Below the pieces are notes generated by a model, which ran no database searches, was not told where the DNA came from, and worked only from the letters and a program-made list of their open reading frames with translations. Made by a program: the position numbers and the translations under genes. Below are positions 19,487 to 28,599 of a stretch of 64,000 bases of DNA, one piece after another; positions within the stretch are counted from its first letter, which is position 1, and every line of letters starts with the position of its first letter. The stretch is from an uncultured virus (IMG/VR IMGVR_UViG_3300034946_000506) (taxonomy: Duplodnaviria; Heunggongvirae; Uroviricota; Caudoviricetes): the IMG/VR virus record IMGVR_UViG_3300034946_000506, one strand, 5' to 3'.

Positions 19487-19786
19487 CTATGGTATAACTA
19501 GCATTCCTGTGATAGCTGTGGCAGCACCAGCAATTACTATCCAGAATAATTTATTAATTATGTTTACAGTTGCCGCGTTTTCACGGACCAACTTATCTAA
19601 ACTATCTACTCTATTTATAAGAATTAATAGTTGTTCTCCTTGTTGCTTACAAATTTCAGTAATAGTAATAATTTTCTCTTCAGCTCTTGCTAAAGAAATA
19701 ATAGCATCTGACATCTGATCAATTTTTATTTCGATCCGATCGAGACGAGCATTTGATTCATCACGTTGTTGTTGTACACTAGCCAT
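19487..19786 (-). CDS. Coiled-coil protein with C-terminal TM (holin/hemolysin XhlA-like architecture)
   Basis: RLDRIEIKID...LARAEEK plus C-terminal hydrophobic helix. Confidence 0.6.
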   Translation of the reverse strand: MASVQQQRDESNARLDRIEIKIDQMSDAIISLARAEEKIITITEICKQQGEQLLILINRVDSLDKLVRENAATVNIINKLFWIVIAGAATAITGMLVIP

Positions 19787-20075
19787 ATTTGTAAATCCTA
19801 CATTTTAAGGGTGTTACCCCTTTGATTAACCTATGGTACTCACAGCGTTTAATATCAAACACCATACCTTTTTTTAATAGCCAGGGTAGACATTTCTGTA
19901 ATTGAAATTGCCATCCTTCACCATCTAAAATTTCTATTTCTCTATCTTCAAAGTCTCTATGCCAAACGAATTCAGCATCATCGCAGGTCGGGTCGAAAGT
20001 TCTTATCTCTCCATCTTCCCAATACGGTTTACCAAAAGTAAGATCCACCACCTTTAAGCCCCAAGTCCTTAGCAT
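19779..20075 (-). CDS. Cupin-like protein (start uncertain)
   Basis: WHRD.EDR.IE...GWQFQ...YHRLIKG cupin metal-binding pattern. Confidence 0.65.
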   Translation of the reverse strand: MLRTWGLKVVDLTFGKPYWEDGEIRTFDPTCDDAEFVWHRDFEDREIEILDGEGWQFQLQKCLPWLLKKGMVFDIKRCEYHRLIKGVTPLKCRIYKYG

Positions 20076-20406
20076 ACTTTGGGAGACGACATGCCCAATA
20101 GCCTGCTTTCATTTTATCGGTTTTAGTATCACAGTTGTGACGAGATGCGAAATTTCTTGCTGCATCTCTATCTCCAATCTTTGATGTTAAACCGCCCTTT
20201 TCGTCGCCAAATTCTATTTTCTTTACGTTTCCAGTCTTAGGATTTTTAACGTAAACAACGTATTTCTTTTTGCCGCTTGATCGCTTAGGTTTATTTAACT
20301 CAGGATCTGCCGCTTCGTCTATTTCTATCATAGGCTGTTCTAAAGGAACTTGAATGCCTTCATATAGACCGAATCTTTCTTCAATATGCTCTAAGAACGA
20401 ATGCAC
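20029..20406 (-). CDS. Conserved hypothetical protein with capsid-targeting-like N-terminus
   Basis: MHSFLEHIEE; KKYVVYVKNPKTGNVKKIEFG...FASRHNC...AGYWAC. Confidence 0.75.
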   Translation of the reverse strand: MHSFLEHIEERFGLYEGIQVPLEQPMIEIDEAADPELNKPKRSSGKKKYVVYVKNPKTGNVKKIEFGDEKGGLTSKIGDRDAARNFASRHNCDTKTDKMKAGYWACRLPKYAKDLGLKGGGSYFW

Positions 20407-20612
20407 TATTTATCCTTTACAGCTTTTAGTCCACCTGGAAAATCAAAAGCTTTTGGATCACCTAAATTCTTAGCACCTTTCTTTAATGCTTCAGCAGAAT
20501 TCCTAGCTTTTACTACAACCTTTTGGCCTTTCTTTAATTTGTTAATAGGCTTTTCAACAGTAACTGTCCAAAATTCCATACCTTCATTTCTTATTTCTTT
20601 AAACGTTTTCAT
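20406..20612 (-). CDS. Small protein with T4 internal-protein-like N-terminus
   Basis: MKTFKEIRNE. Confidence 0.7.
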   Translation of the reverse strand: MKTFKEIRNEGMEFWTVTVEKPINKLKKGQKVVVKARNSAEALKKGAKNLGDPKAFDFPGGLKAVKDK

Positions 20613-21073
20613 TACGTCCCCTTTATAGTTCTTACTATTTTGCTTGTTATCATTTTAATAGCAGTCATATAGGCAAAACCTAGTCCGAAAACTGCATGAA
20701 ATGTATGATTCTTTTCTATTTCGGATTTAGGGCCTAGCTTCTTAGTCCAGTTATCTACCCACTCCCCTTTGTATCTTAACACCGCGTGTGATACTTTCCA
20801 CTTACTCGGGCCAACTAAACAAATACCAGCTTGATGGGTAATTAACAGCCACCACATTTTAAGGTGAGATTCTCCACATAGTCTATATAGAACAGACAAT
20901 GCATAGTCTTCGCAATCACCAACATACTTACCTTCTGCATCTTCTGAATAGATAATCTTCCAAGCATCTTTCATACCGTACTGCTCTGAATCTAATCTAT
21001 ACTTCCATTTAGCATTGAAAGCTTTTACTATCTTCTGGTCTTCTTTATTCATTTTGTCTGTCCTTGTATCCAT
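20612..21073 (-). CDS. Transglutaminase-like cysteine protease (BTLCP-like)
   Basis: GDCEDYAL...HAVL...WVDN Cys-His-Asp triad. Confidence 0.75.
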   Translation of the reverse strand: MDTRTDKMNKEDQKIVKAFNAKWKYRLDSEQYGMKDAWKIIYSEDAEGKYVGDCEDYALSVLYRLCGESHLKMWWLLITHQAGICLVGPSKWKVSHAVLRYKGEWVDNWTKKLGPKSEIEKNHTFHAVFGLGFAYMTAIKMITSKIVRTIKGT

Positions 21074-21717
21074 CTTATAGCAATGGAGTTTTCTGGAGGT
21101 TTTGCCGCCCAGGTTTTTATTCTTTTATAAGCATTTAATGTAGCGCCTTCAATATCAGATCCTTTCGAGTTGTCGACAATAATCATTCGCTGTCTAAACA
21201 ATGCTTGGAATTTACCAATATTGTTTTGTACACTTGACCACATTTGTGTTACCATATCATCTGGTAAACTTCTTGGTCTATCATTATTTCTAGTTTGTGC
21301 AGTTTCTAAATCTGTATTAACAAATATCATATGTACAGCATAACCAAGACTTCTTAACATATCAACTTGTTTTTTAATTTTTTCATAATCTTTACCAGTA
21401 CCATCAATAACTATACCCATTCTTCCAATTAAAGCTCTAGTCATAATCTTACCAGTTAATGCTTTAGCAGAAGCTCTTACTAACTGACCTTGTGCTGATG
21501 CAATATCGTCTGGATCAGTAGTAAGACCTGCCTTTTTCAAGCCTTTTTCAAAAGCATTATCTGAATTTATTAATCTAAACCCTAATGCTTTCAAAGCAGT
21601 CTGACCTACAACAAATGATTTACCAGAACCTGGGCCACCTGCTAGGAATACTGCTTTAAAAATAGAAGGATCATTAACACCTTCCATTAAATTAAAATGT
21701 TCTTTAAATGTTGTCAT
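21049..21717 (-). CDS. P-loop kinase (zeta-toxin/AAA_33-like)
   Basis: LAGGPGSGKS, INSD, VIDGTG, RNNDRPRSLP lid. Confidence 0.85.
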   Translation of the reverse strand: MTTFKEHFNLMEGVNDPSIFKAVFLAGGPGSGKSFVVGQTALKALGFRLINSDNAFEKGLKKAGLTTDPDDIASAQGQLVRASAKALTGKIMTRALIGRMGIVIDGTGKDYEKIKKQVDMLRSLGYAVHMIFVNTDLETAQTRNNDRPRSLPDDMVTQMWSSVQNNIGKFQALFRQRMIIVDNSKGSDIEGATLNAYKRIKTWAAKPPENSIAIRWIQGQTK

Positions 21718-22061
21718 TTCTTTAGATCATATCTAAAAGAACGCCCTTTAGATTGTTTATCTTTAGTAATTTTATATGCGCCCATTCGAGCTAGAGTATT
21801 AACAAATTCTAAATTTCCTTTCTTTAGATCTTTTAATAGTTCCGGTTTTGCCTTTTTCCAAATAGTATCAAGTATAGCGTCATCATCCATAACTAATGGA
21901 GCTTCGTCAAGAGTGTCTTCGCTATACTTTTTCTTAAGTCTTTCGTTATCAGCTTTTCTATCTTTAGCTCTCTTATCTAAATCAACACCTTTTTTCTTAA
22001 GTCTTGTTTTTAATCTATCAGCAGCAGATTTACCTTCTAAAAAATCTTGAAAATATTTCAT
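21714..22061 (-). CDS. Basic protein with capsid-targeting-like N-terminus
   Basis: MKYFQDFLEG. Confidence 0.7.
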   Translation of the reverse strand: MKYFQDFLEGKSAADRLKTRLKKKGVDLDKRAKDRKADNERLKKKYSEDTLDEAPLVMDDDAILDTIWKKAKPELLKDLKKGNLEFVNTLARMGAYKITKDKQSKGRSFRYDLKK

Positions 22062-22064
22062 TAA

Positions 22065-23252
22065 TTATCCTCGTACCTTAGCTGCTAAATCTTTATCAGC
22101 TCCGCCCCATGTACCTTTTGATTTAGTCGCAAAACTATTTACTCTTGCTAATCCCCATTGAGTTGGATTTGTTCCTGGTCGATGGCTTCCTTTCCAAGCA
22201 GCATATCCTCTGTCGAAGACCTTCTTTAATATACCATAGGGCATACCAGTTTTATCAGCTTTTTTCGTAAGAGCAGACTTAGCAGCATCCTCTTCCATAG
22301 ATTGCTTAAAACTTTTCACTTCTTCTTCTCCAAATTGTTTTTTAAACTGTTTAGTATGCTTACTTTCAGGTGCATTTGGTTTTGGCTTATCATGCTTAGC
22401 TTTTTCTTTTGAATCCATATCATCATAGCTTTTTTCATCTAATAACTCAACGGAGTCTAGCCATACTCTTTTTTTCCATTCTCCGAATTCAACTACTAGA
22501 AAATTAGTACCGCATCTTTCAATAACACCAATTTGATTTGTTTCTTTTAATACTACTTCGTCGCCCTTTTTAAACAAAGTACCTTCAACGAATTGCTCTC
22601 TTTTTTCTGATACTGGTTCTAATTCAATGTGTTTTCTTTGATTATGAGATTCTTTTAGACCCATACCCTTTCTAATAGTATTAAATAATGCTTTTGAATC
22701 TTTATAGCCTTTAGGCATTCCTTTTGAAAAGTTTTCTAAATCATTATCTGAAGCATATGCTCTTAATTTAGAAGCTGACATACCTTCGACGCCTTCGGCA
22801 TCTGGATCTCTTTCTCCAGCTGAAACGATTTTAATTCCATCTTCGAAATTGTAGAAACCATGTCTAGAATCTACTCCGTTATATTTATTAAGAAGAGTAT
22901 CAAACTCTTCTACTCTGTCTGAACCGGCGACCATAGTTACTGAGGTATAACCTTGGTCATATAATTTAGTAGCAATGTCCATAACGTGTCTAACATCACC
23001 ATCAGCCATTATGCTACGAGCGTGCTTTGGAAACATTTTACGTAAGAACTTTACTTTCTCTTTAAACGTCAAAGGATTCTTTTTAGGATCTTGTGACTTT
23101 GAACCATATATTCTATATGGATTGGCTCCAGCAGTTTTCTTTAATTTATCAAATAATTTTTCATGCCCTGAAGTCGGTGGATTGAATCTACCAAATACAA
23201 AGTAAACTTCGCCCTTAGCTTCTACTAAATAGTCACTAAATCCTTTTATCAT
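22065..23252 (-). CDS. HIGH-family nucleotidyltransferase (cytidyltransferase-like) with extra C-terminal domains
   Basis: FGRFNPPTSGH, AGSDR, GMSASKLR. Confidence 0.85.
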   Translation of the reverse strand: MIKGFSDYLVEAKGEVYFVFGRFNPPTSGHEKLFDKLKKTAGANPYRIYGSKSQDPKKNPLTFKEKVKFLRKMFPKHARSIMADGDVRHVMDIATKLYDQGYTSVTMVAGSDRVEEFDTLLNKYNGVDSRHGFYNFEDGIKIVSAGERDPDAEGVEGMSASKLRAYASDNDLENFSKGMPKGYKDSKALFNTIRKGMGLKESHNQRKHIELEPVSEKREQFVEGTLFKKGDEVVLKETNQIGVIERCGTNFLVVEFGEWKKRVWLDSVELLDEKSYDDMDSKEKAKHDKPKPNAPESKHTKQFKKQFGEEEVKSFKQSMEEDAAKSALTKKADKTGMPYGILKKVFDRGYAAWKGSHRPGTNPTQWGLARVNSFATKSKGTWGGADKDLAAKVRG

Positions 23253-23638
23253 TATTTACTTTCACCTTTATTTTTTAGTTTAGCTCTATCAGCCTTTTTA
23301 ATCGCTGGTAACAACTTTTTAGCAATCTTTTTAATTGCTCCTTTTTTATTAGCTAATCTCTTTTCTATTCCGCCTCTTGCTGCGTAAGATAGATCCGATT
23401 TGCTTTTACCTTTCAGCATTTTTTTAATTAGCATATCACGAGCTTGTTTTTCTGCTTTTGATTTGAGTTTTTCGGGAGAGGCTAATTTCTTTGCAGCTTT
23501 CTTTTTACCTAGTGCAATTTTAGCTTTGTTTTTTCTAAATGAGGCTTTCATCTTCATTCGATGTTGAAGTGACATGGCTTCAGAGAAGTCTACAGAATCT
23601 TCTGATAGTTCTGCATTGTGATCTTTAAATGTTTTCAT
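23252..23638 (-). CDS. Lysine-rich protein, possible prohead core/internal protein
   Basis: MKTFKDHNAELSE followed by a very basic body. Confidence 0.7.
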   Translation of the reverse strand: MKTFKDHNAELSEDSVDFSEAMSLQHRMKMKASFRKNKAKIALGKKKAAKKLASPEKLKSKAEKQARDMLIKKMLKGKSKSDLSYAARGGIEKRLANKKGAIKKIAKKLLPAIKKADRAKLKNKGESK

Positions 23639-23655
23639 TTCTATCCTCGGCCCAT

Positions 23656-24897
23656 TTAGTTAGGATTGTCCCAACCTTTTATAATATCTTTGCTAAAGTT
23701 GTTGGTAGAAAATTCTAATCTATCAACTAATTTAACAGCTCCACCTTCCATACGATCTATTGCAACAAAACCTTCAGGGTTGGTTACTCTAAATCCGGAT
23801 CTTGTCTTAACAAATGTACTAATATTACTTAGTCCATTTAGTTTATTTATAATAATTAATTTGCTATCTACTACTAAATTCTGTAAATCGAATACATTTT
23901 GTAAGTTTTTTATGTTTGATGTAGAGAAAAATGCTAATAAAGCATCCCTTTTCGCAACTTGTGTGGCTTTGCCCTTTTGAGAAGAACGTGAATCTATTTC
24001 CTTTTGATATCTATCCGATACAAACTTAACTAATCCCTGAGCATGCTGTTTAGTATTTGTTATCCTTTGGCCTTCTCTAACCTTAGTATTATTATATACA
24101 TTAATCACTAAGTTTAACTCTTTATTTGATTCTAATTCTTTTAAAGTTGAACCTGATATCTTTCTAAATAACTTACCAGCATCTGAAAGCTTTTTAGTCA
24201 GAGCTTCTGTCTCGTCTTTAGTTAAAGTTGCGGTACCAGACAAATCATCTAATGTTGCATCTTGCATCCATACATCTTTTGAAGGCCTTAATGTTGTAGC
24301 TATTTCTTCACCAAAAGCTGCTGTCATTGTTTCAAAGCTAGATCCACTATAAACAGTATGCCATACAATACCTATTTTAGCTCTTAATATTACCTTGGAT
24401 AGATCACTTCCTGACGGTACAGCGTAAGCAATAGTGTTAGGATGGAATACAGTATGCTTTATTCCACCAATAACTTCAGTCTTAAGATCAGACTTATCAA
24501 ACATAAAATCGCCTTGTATAACTCCAGTTATACCAAGAGGCTTAAGATATGTATACGCCATTTTTAGCTTCTTAGCTAGATCACCATCAGTGTCAGCTTC
24601 AATATCTTCATGAGACTTATAAACCTTAGGGTTCTTATTGAATACGCCTTTCTTAGCAATAAAGAACTCGCCATCATTAGGATCTTGTCCAGCAAATACA
24701 GCAGGAGCACCATCCCATTTTACAGTAACATCTACTGCAGAGTTGGCGTTACCAGATAACATATCTCGCAAAGACCTAAGTGCAAGAATAGCTTGGCGGG
24801 CTCCCTTAACTCCACCATCAAGAATAAGATCTTCAATGTGAATCATATGAGTATTCTTACCTGCGGCTTCTGATAACTGATTTTTAAATGACTTCAT
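23656..24897 (-). CDS. Conserved T4-like protein with ligase-type nucleotidyltransferase motifs
   Basis: TVKWDG (motif I KxDG), QGDF, EGFV, VKLV. Confidence 0.65.
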   Translation of the reverse strand: MKSFKNQLSEAAGKNTHMIHIEDLILDGGVKGARQAILALRSLRDMLSGNANSAVDVTVKWDGAPAVFAGQDPNDGEFFIAKKGVFNKNPKVYKSHEDIEADTDGDLAKKLKMAYTYLKPLGITGVIQGDFMFDKSDLKTEVIGGIKHTVFHPNTIAYAVPSGSDLSKVILRAKIGIVWHTVYSGSSFETMTAAFGEEIATTLRPSKDVWMQDATLDDLSGTATLTKDETEALTKKLSDAGKLFRKISGSTLKELESNKELNLVINVYNNTKVREGQRITNTKQHAQGLVKFVSDRYQKEIDSRSSQKGKATQVAKRDALLAFFSTSNIKNLQNVFDLQNLVVDSKLIIINKLNGLSNISTFVKTRSGFRVTNPEGFVAIDRMEGGAVKLVDRLEFSTNNFSKDIIKGWDNPN

Positions 24898-24898
24898 T

Positions 24899-26290
24899 CT
24901 ATTTCCCTAGTTTAACATATGTACTTGAATCTAATGTCTTAGATCCAGCGTAATTTACGAAGTTTGTTATAATTGCATTAGCTTTTGTTCCAGTGTTTGT
25001 ATCAATATGGTAACACACATATAATGATCCTAATTTAGCAGATATCCAATACCAATCTTTTTTGTTCAATTCCTCATAAAATTCAGCATCAAGGACATCT
25101 GGATAAAAATGCTTAAACATTATATAGAATAATTTTATAGATCTTTTATTACCATTCGCAATATTTTTAGCAGTTTTCTTTATTCCCTTAGCATGATCTG
25201 GAATTCTCTTTCTAGTTTCACGGAATATAAATTCCTTCATACCACCCCAGGCTATTCCGCCACCTCTTGCTTTAGTTCCTTTAATCTCAGCTTTAACAGA
25301 TTCGCCAGAAGCATTATCTTTAAGGTTCATAGATCCAGTATCATATTCAATGAATGAACCCTTAGTTGACCAAAAATTTCCGCTTTTTGATTCAAGACTA
25401 ACTTTTCTTAATCTATGGTTATCTGTATCAGGTGGATATTCATTATTATACTCTTTTAGTGCAACAGGGTATTTAGTCATTGGACCCTTAAGTGATATAC
25501 CTACTAATCTTTTATCATTAAAGTGTTTTAGTATAGCTTGATTTATAGCACCTACTGATGTTATTGGTAGTTCTTTATCAATATCAAAATCGTTAGCAAG
25601 AGCCCAGAAATCTCCAGGATTCCACTTGTCATCTTTTAGTGGCTTAAATCCATTGTTTCTATATGCTTGAGTTTTAAGAGCATATATCTTAATCATTTTA
25701 GCATCGCCTCTATGAAAAGTCATACCCTTATGAATATAGCCTTCTTTAATTAACATTTTTGCAATATTATACGATGATAAAACCCAAGCATCTGGAGTTT
25801 CGAGTATTGTCTTAAGAGAAGTATCTAATTCGGTTCTTGTAAATGATTCTGAAAGAACTTCTGGTGTAAAAAATTCTAGGGCCTGTTGTCCGTGGTCAAG
25901 CATTGCTTGACACATTACAGCTTGGTGACATTCATTTCTAGCAGTGTCTTTAGTACCTGAACCTGCTCCTGAAGTTCCTCCACCAAATACTTTAGATTTC
26001 TTAAGTTGCGATAGTGGAATCATTACATCTCCACATACAAATGAAATGTTTGAAGGAGTTGTTTCAAATTGATTTAATTTTTGAAGGGCATCTTCAATGT
26101 CTGTTACTATTGTATTACCACCTTTTCTAAGCTCTAATGACTTTCCATCTCTAATCAATCGTCTTAAAATATCTATTCTAGCTTCGCCGGTAGTACCATT
26201 TAGTTTTTGTAGTTCAGACTGATTTAATGCAACTGCTTCATTTATTTGATCAATTGCATTATTTCGTAAACTGTGTTTAAATCCTAGCAT
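24899..26290 (-). CDS. Hypothetical protein, possible PD-(D/E)xK nuclease fold
   Basis: WNPGDFW...VGISLK; first gene after a late promoter. Confidence 0.55.
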   Translation of the reverse strand: MLGFKHSLRNNAIDQINEAVALNQSELQKLNGTTGEARIDILRRLIRDGKSLELRKGGNTIVTDIEDALQKLNQFETTPSNISFVCGDVMIPLSQLKKSKVFGGGTSGAGSGTKDTARNECHQAVMCQAMLDHGQQALEFFTPEVLSESFTRTELDTSLKTILETPDAWVLSSYNIAKMLIKEGYIHKGMTFHRGDAKMIKIYALKTQAYRNNGFKPLKDDKWNPGDFWALANDFDIDKELPITSVGAINQAILKHFNDKRLVGISLKGPMTKYPVALKEYNNEYPPDTDNHRLRKVSLESKSGNFWSTKGSFIEYDTGSMNLKDNASGESVKAEIKGTKARGGGIAWGGMKEFIFRETRKRIPDHAKGIKKTAKNIANGNKRSIKLFYIMFKHFYPDVLDAEFYEELNKKDWYWISAKLGSLYVCYHIDTNTGTKANAIITNFVNYAGSKTLDSSTYVKLGK

Positions 26291-26331
26291 TATATTTTTT
26301 CCTTTATTATCTTAAAACAAAAATACAATAC

Positions 26332-26339
26332 TATTTATA
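26332..26339 (-). promoter_or_regulatory. T4-type late promoter
   Basis: TATAAATA upstream of the 17-26 kb block. Confidence 0.7.
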
Positions 26340-26354
26340 CAATATTATCATCCA

Positions 26355-26525
26355 CTATTTAGAATTATATGTTTTGTTTGGTGTGACATTATCGTTACTA
26401 TCTACTTTGATTATGCCTATATTCTCAAGCATATCAATCATTTTAGCTCCACCATCTCGGATTCCTATGGTGTAAGAAGTCCAAGCAGTACCCGAAATAA
26501 TTATAAAACCAATAAAGTATTCCAT
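26355..26525 (-). CDS. Small membrane protein
   Basis: Manual translation MEYFIGFIIISGTAWTSYTIGIRDG... Confidence 0.55.
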   Translation of the reverse strand: MEYFIGFIIISGTAWTSYTIGIRDGGAKMIDMLENIGIIKVDSNDNVTPNKTYNSK

Positions 26526-26674
26526 TAAATTTCTACTTCAAAGAGTACTACTTCATAACTTTGTGACAACATTTGATAATAGAATGTGTCAGCTTCTGCT
26601 TTTAAAGCAAAGACATACTCAGCAATAAGTTTGCCGTGTTCAGTTGCTATTACCTTATAAGCTGTTTCTTTCAT
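26525..26674 (-). CDS. Small hypothetical protein
   Basis: Manual translation MKETAYKVIATEHGK...; stop/start coupled on both sides. Confidence 0.55.
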   Translation of the reverse strand: MKETAYKVIATEHGKLIAEYVFALKAEADTFYYQMLSQSYEVVLFEVEI

Positions 26675-26898
26675 TATGAATTCCTCATATACTTTTCAAC
26701 TGGTATAAGCTCAATGAATTTACGACGAGACTTAGAAAAGCTTTTCATAGGTTTTGAAAACTCTGTATAAAGCTTTGACTTAGATGAACGAAAGCCAACT
26801 AAGTGGCCCTGTTCATTAATAACGTAGGTATGGTTTAATACCTTGTGGTTACAATCATCCCAATTTGTAATTTCTTTAAATGCTCTTAACATTAGCAA
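26674..26898 (-). CDS. Hypothetical protein
   Basis: KEITNW...NHTY...FSKSRRKF. Confidence 0.65.
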   Translation of the reverse strand: MLMLRAFKEITNWDDCNHKVLNHTYVINEQGHLVGFRSSKSKLYTEFSKPMKSFSKSRRKFIELIPVEKYMRNS

Positions 26899-27230
26899 TA
26901 TCCTTCATAATTAGAACGTTCATGAATATATACATCAAGCCTTTCAGCATGACGAATAGGAAGTGTTGAATCATACGCTCGTGGACTACGCCCATCAGCA
27001 ATTGCATGAATTGCTCGAGGGCCACGTGGCATGATGTTTACACGATACTTTGTTGTTAACCTGGGTTCAACATCAGTCCAACCATGAATATACCTATTTT
27101 TATTTATTCTGTCGTTTTCTTTAGCTTTTTTGTTAATGATCTTAACAGTTTTGCGAATAGTTTCAAGTTCAAGCATATCACCTACAGATCCAACATGAGC
27201 AGTCATTACATAAGCATTACTTCTAGTCAT
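26892..27230 (-). CDS. Hypothetical protein
   Basis: ORF with SD in an early-gene operon. Confidence 0.65.
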   Translation of the reverse strand: MTRSNAYVMTAHVGSVGDMLELETIRKTVKIINKKAKENDRINKNRYIHGWTDVEPRLTTKYRVNIMPRGPRAIHAIADGRSPRAYDSTLPIRHAERLDVYIHERSNYEGYC

Positions 27231-27231
27231 T

Positions 27232-27399
27232 TTACACTCCTTGGGTCATATGTTCATATGACTCATTACATTCATTAAGTTTATTTCCGCATACACAAGT
27301 TATTGATTCTTCAAGAGTTGGTGCTCCAACAATATCTCGTACTTGAGATTCACTAAGTGTTTCGGTAACTAGGTTTTTGATGATTTCTTCTAAGCTCAT
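27232..27399 (-). CDS. Small hypothetical protein
   Basis: MSLEEII...CVCG...C..SYEHMTQG; SD AAGGAG. Confidence 0.6.
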   Translation of the reverse strand: MSLEEIIKNLVTETLSESQVRDIVGAPTLEESITCVCGNKLNECNESYEHMTQGV

Positions 27400-27409
27400 A
27401 ATATTCTCC

Positions 27410-27805
27410 TTAAATTCCTGTCCATCTGATTTCTGAAGCATTTGGCATGTTAAACACATTACCTCTTGCAAAGTTTGTAGCTGGCTTGTTATATCCAGCA
27501 GCCATTAGCATATCACCAATATTAAACGGTTTGCTAGTTTTATTATCAGTTGCTTTAGGCGATTTCTTAACAATGAAGCCAAGAACGTTTGAACGATGTC
27601 CTCTTTCAGACTCTTCAGTTTTAATCAATTTGATATAGTTACGGCCTTCTTCATAGTGAAAGATCATATCTTCCATTCTATCTTCAGCGTAACCTTCACC
27701 GTATGAATATTCACTACGAGCATAAAAGTTTTTAAGATCATCTTCCATACGCTTAAGGAGAATAGAGGTGTGAATTAAGAGGTTTTCAGTAATTGTGTCT
27801 TTCAT
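27410..27805 (-). CDS. Early hypothetical protein
   Basis: GRNYIKL...GDMLMAAGYNKPATNFARGN; start after SD AAGGA. Confidence 0.7.
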   Translation of the reverse strand: MKDTITENLLIHTSILLKRMEDDLKNFYARSEYSYGEGYAEDRMEDMIFHYEEGRNYIKLIKTEESERGHRSNVLGFIVKKSPKATDNKTSKPFNIGDMLMAAGYNKPATNFARGNVFNMPNASEIRWTGI

Positions 27806-27923
27806 AATGTAGTTCCTTATCATTTAATATAGGTATATTATATCACAGTTTTAAGCGAATGTAAACCCTTTTATGAAAATAAATCAATTATTTTAGTTAT
27901 AGTCAATATAACTCTGGTGAATA
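27798..27923 (-). repeat. Duplicated promoter cassette (leader, early promoter and upstream palindrome)
   Basis: 27798-27851 is identical to 50121-50174; promoter at 27837-27865; 36-bp upstream motif also at 50201-50236 and 52421-52456. Confidence 0.85.
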
Positions 27924-27927
27924 TAGC

Positions 27928-28587
27928 TTATATAACATCATCCAAAGGGAATATTTGATATATGACTTTAGCACAAGCTTTAGCAATTTCCATGTGTTCC
28001 TTTTGAGTTCCATTAGCCGATCGCAATTGGATATAATGTATCCAAGATCTTAATGTGCCATTAACATACATACGTGACATAGTCAAACCTTCAGGTAGAA
28101 TTGCCCTAGCCTGTTCTTTTGCTATACCAGCATTTACAGCCCATTCGTAAGCACGTTTACAACGCTCAATAATAACCTCTTGGTATGATTCCCATATATG
28201 GTTAATTGAATCTTCTAAGGGGATCTCAAGTGAGTTTTGTCTATTCTTAGTATCTTGCATTCGTGCTTCTCGAGTCACAAAATTTAGGTCTTGAGTTGGG
28301 TCTGCATATCTTTGTGAGAATTCTTGAAAAGAAAAAGATCTATGTCTAAGAATTTGACGACCAATATCACGAGTTGTATCAATCTCCATACAGACACTGG
28401 CCATCTCTAGAGGTGACCAGTGCTGGTGTTTAATGAGATAATTTATTAATTTTTCGGCTGTTTCTTCATTATTTTGGTTGTTGGGATTTGATACTCTTGC
28501 GCAGTATGCAACAAGCTGTAACAAATCATCTTTCAAATCAACGCCAATTGCTGGCTTACTATACGAAATAACACGAACATTAAACAT
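27928..28587 (-). CDS. thyX: Flavin-dependent thymidylate synthase
   Basis: HWSPLE, RQILRHRSFSFQEFSQRY, EQARAILP, TQKEH. Confidence 0.95.
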   Translation of the reverse strand: MFNVRVISYSKPAIGVDLKDDLLQLVAYCARVSNPNNQNNEETAEKLINYLIKHQHWSPLEMASVCMEIDTTRDIGRQILRHRSFSFQEFSQRYADPTQDLNFVTREARMQDTKNRQNSLEIPLEDSINHIWESYQEVIIERCKRAYEWAVNAGIAKEQARAILPEGLTMSRMYVNGTLRSWIHYIQLRSANGTQKEHMEIAKACAKVIYQIFPLDDVI

Positions 28588-28599
28588 TGTATATCCTTA

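Noticed and set aside
21049..21717. Zeta toxin-antitoxin system, or the hm-DNA kinase of the modification cluster
   Set aside because: No antitoxin is evident; the gene is 11 kb away in a late block and lacks the clamp-like tail. A kinase role is not fully excluded
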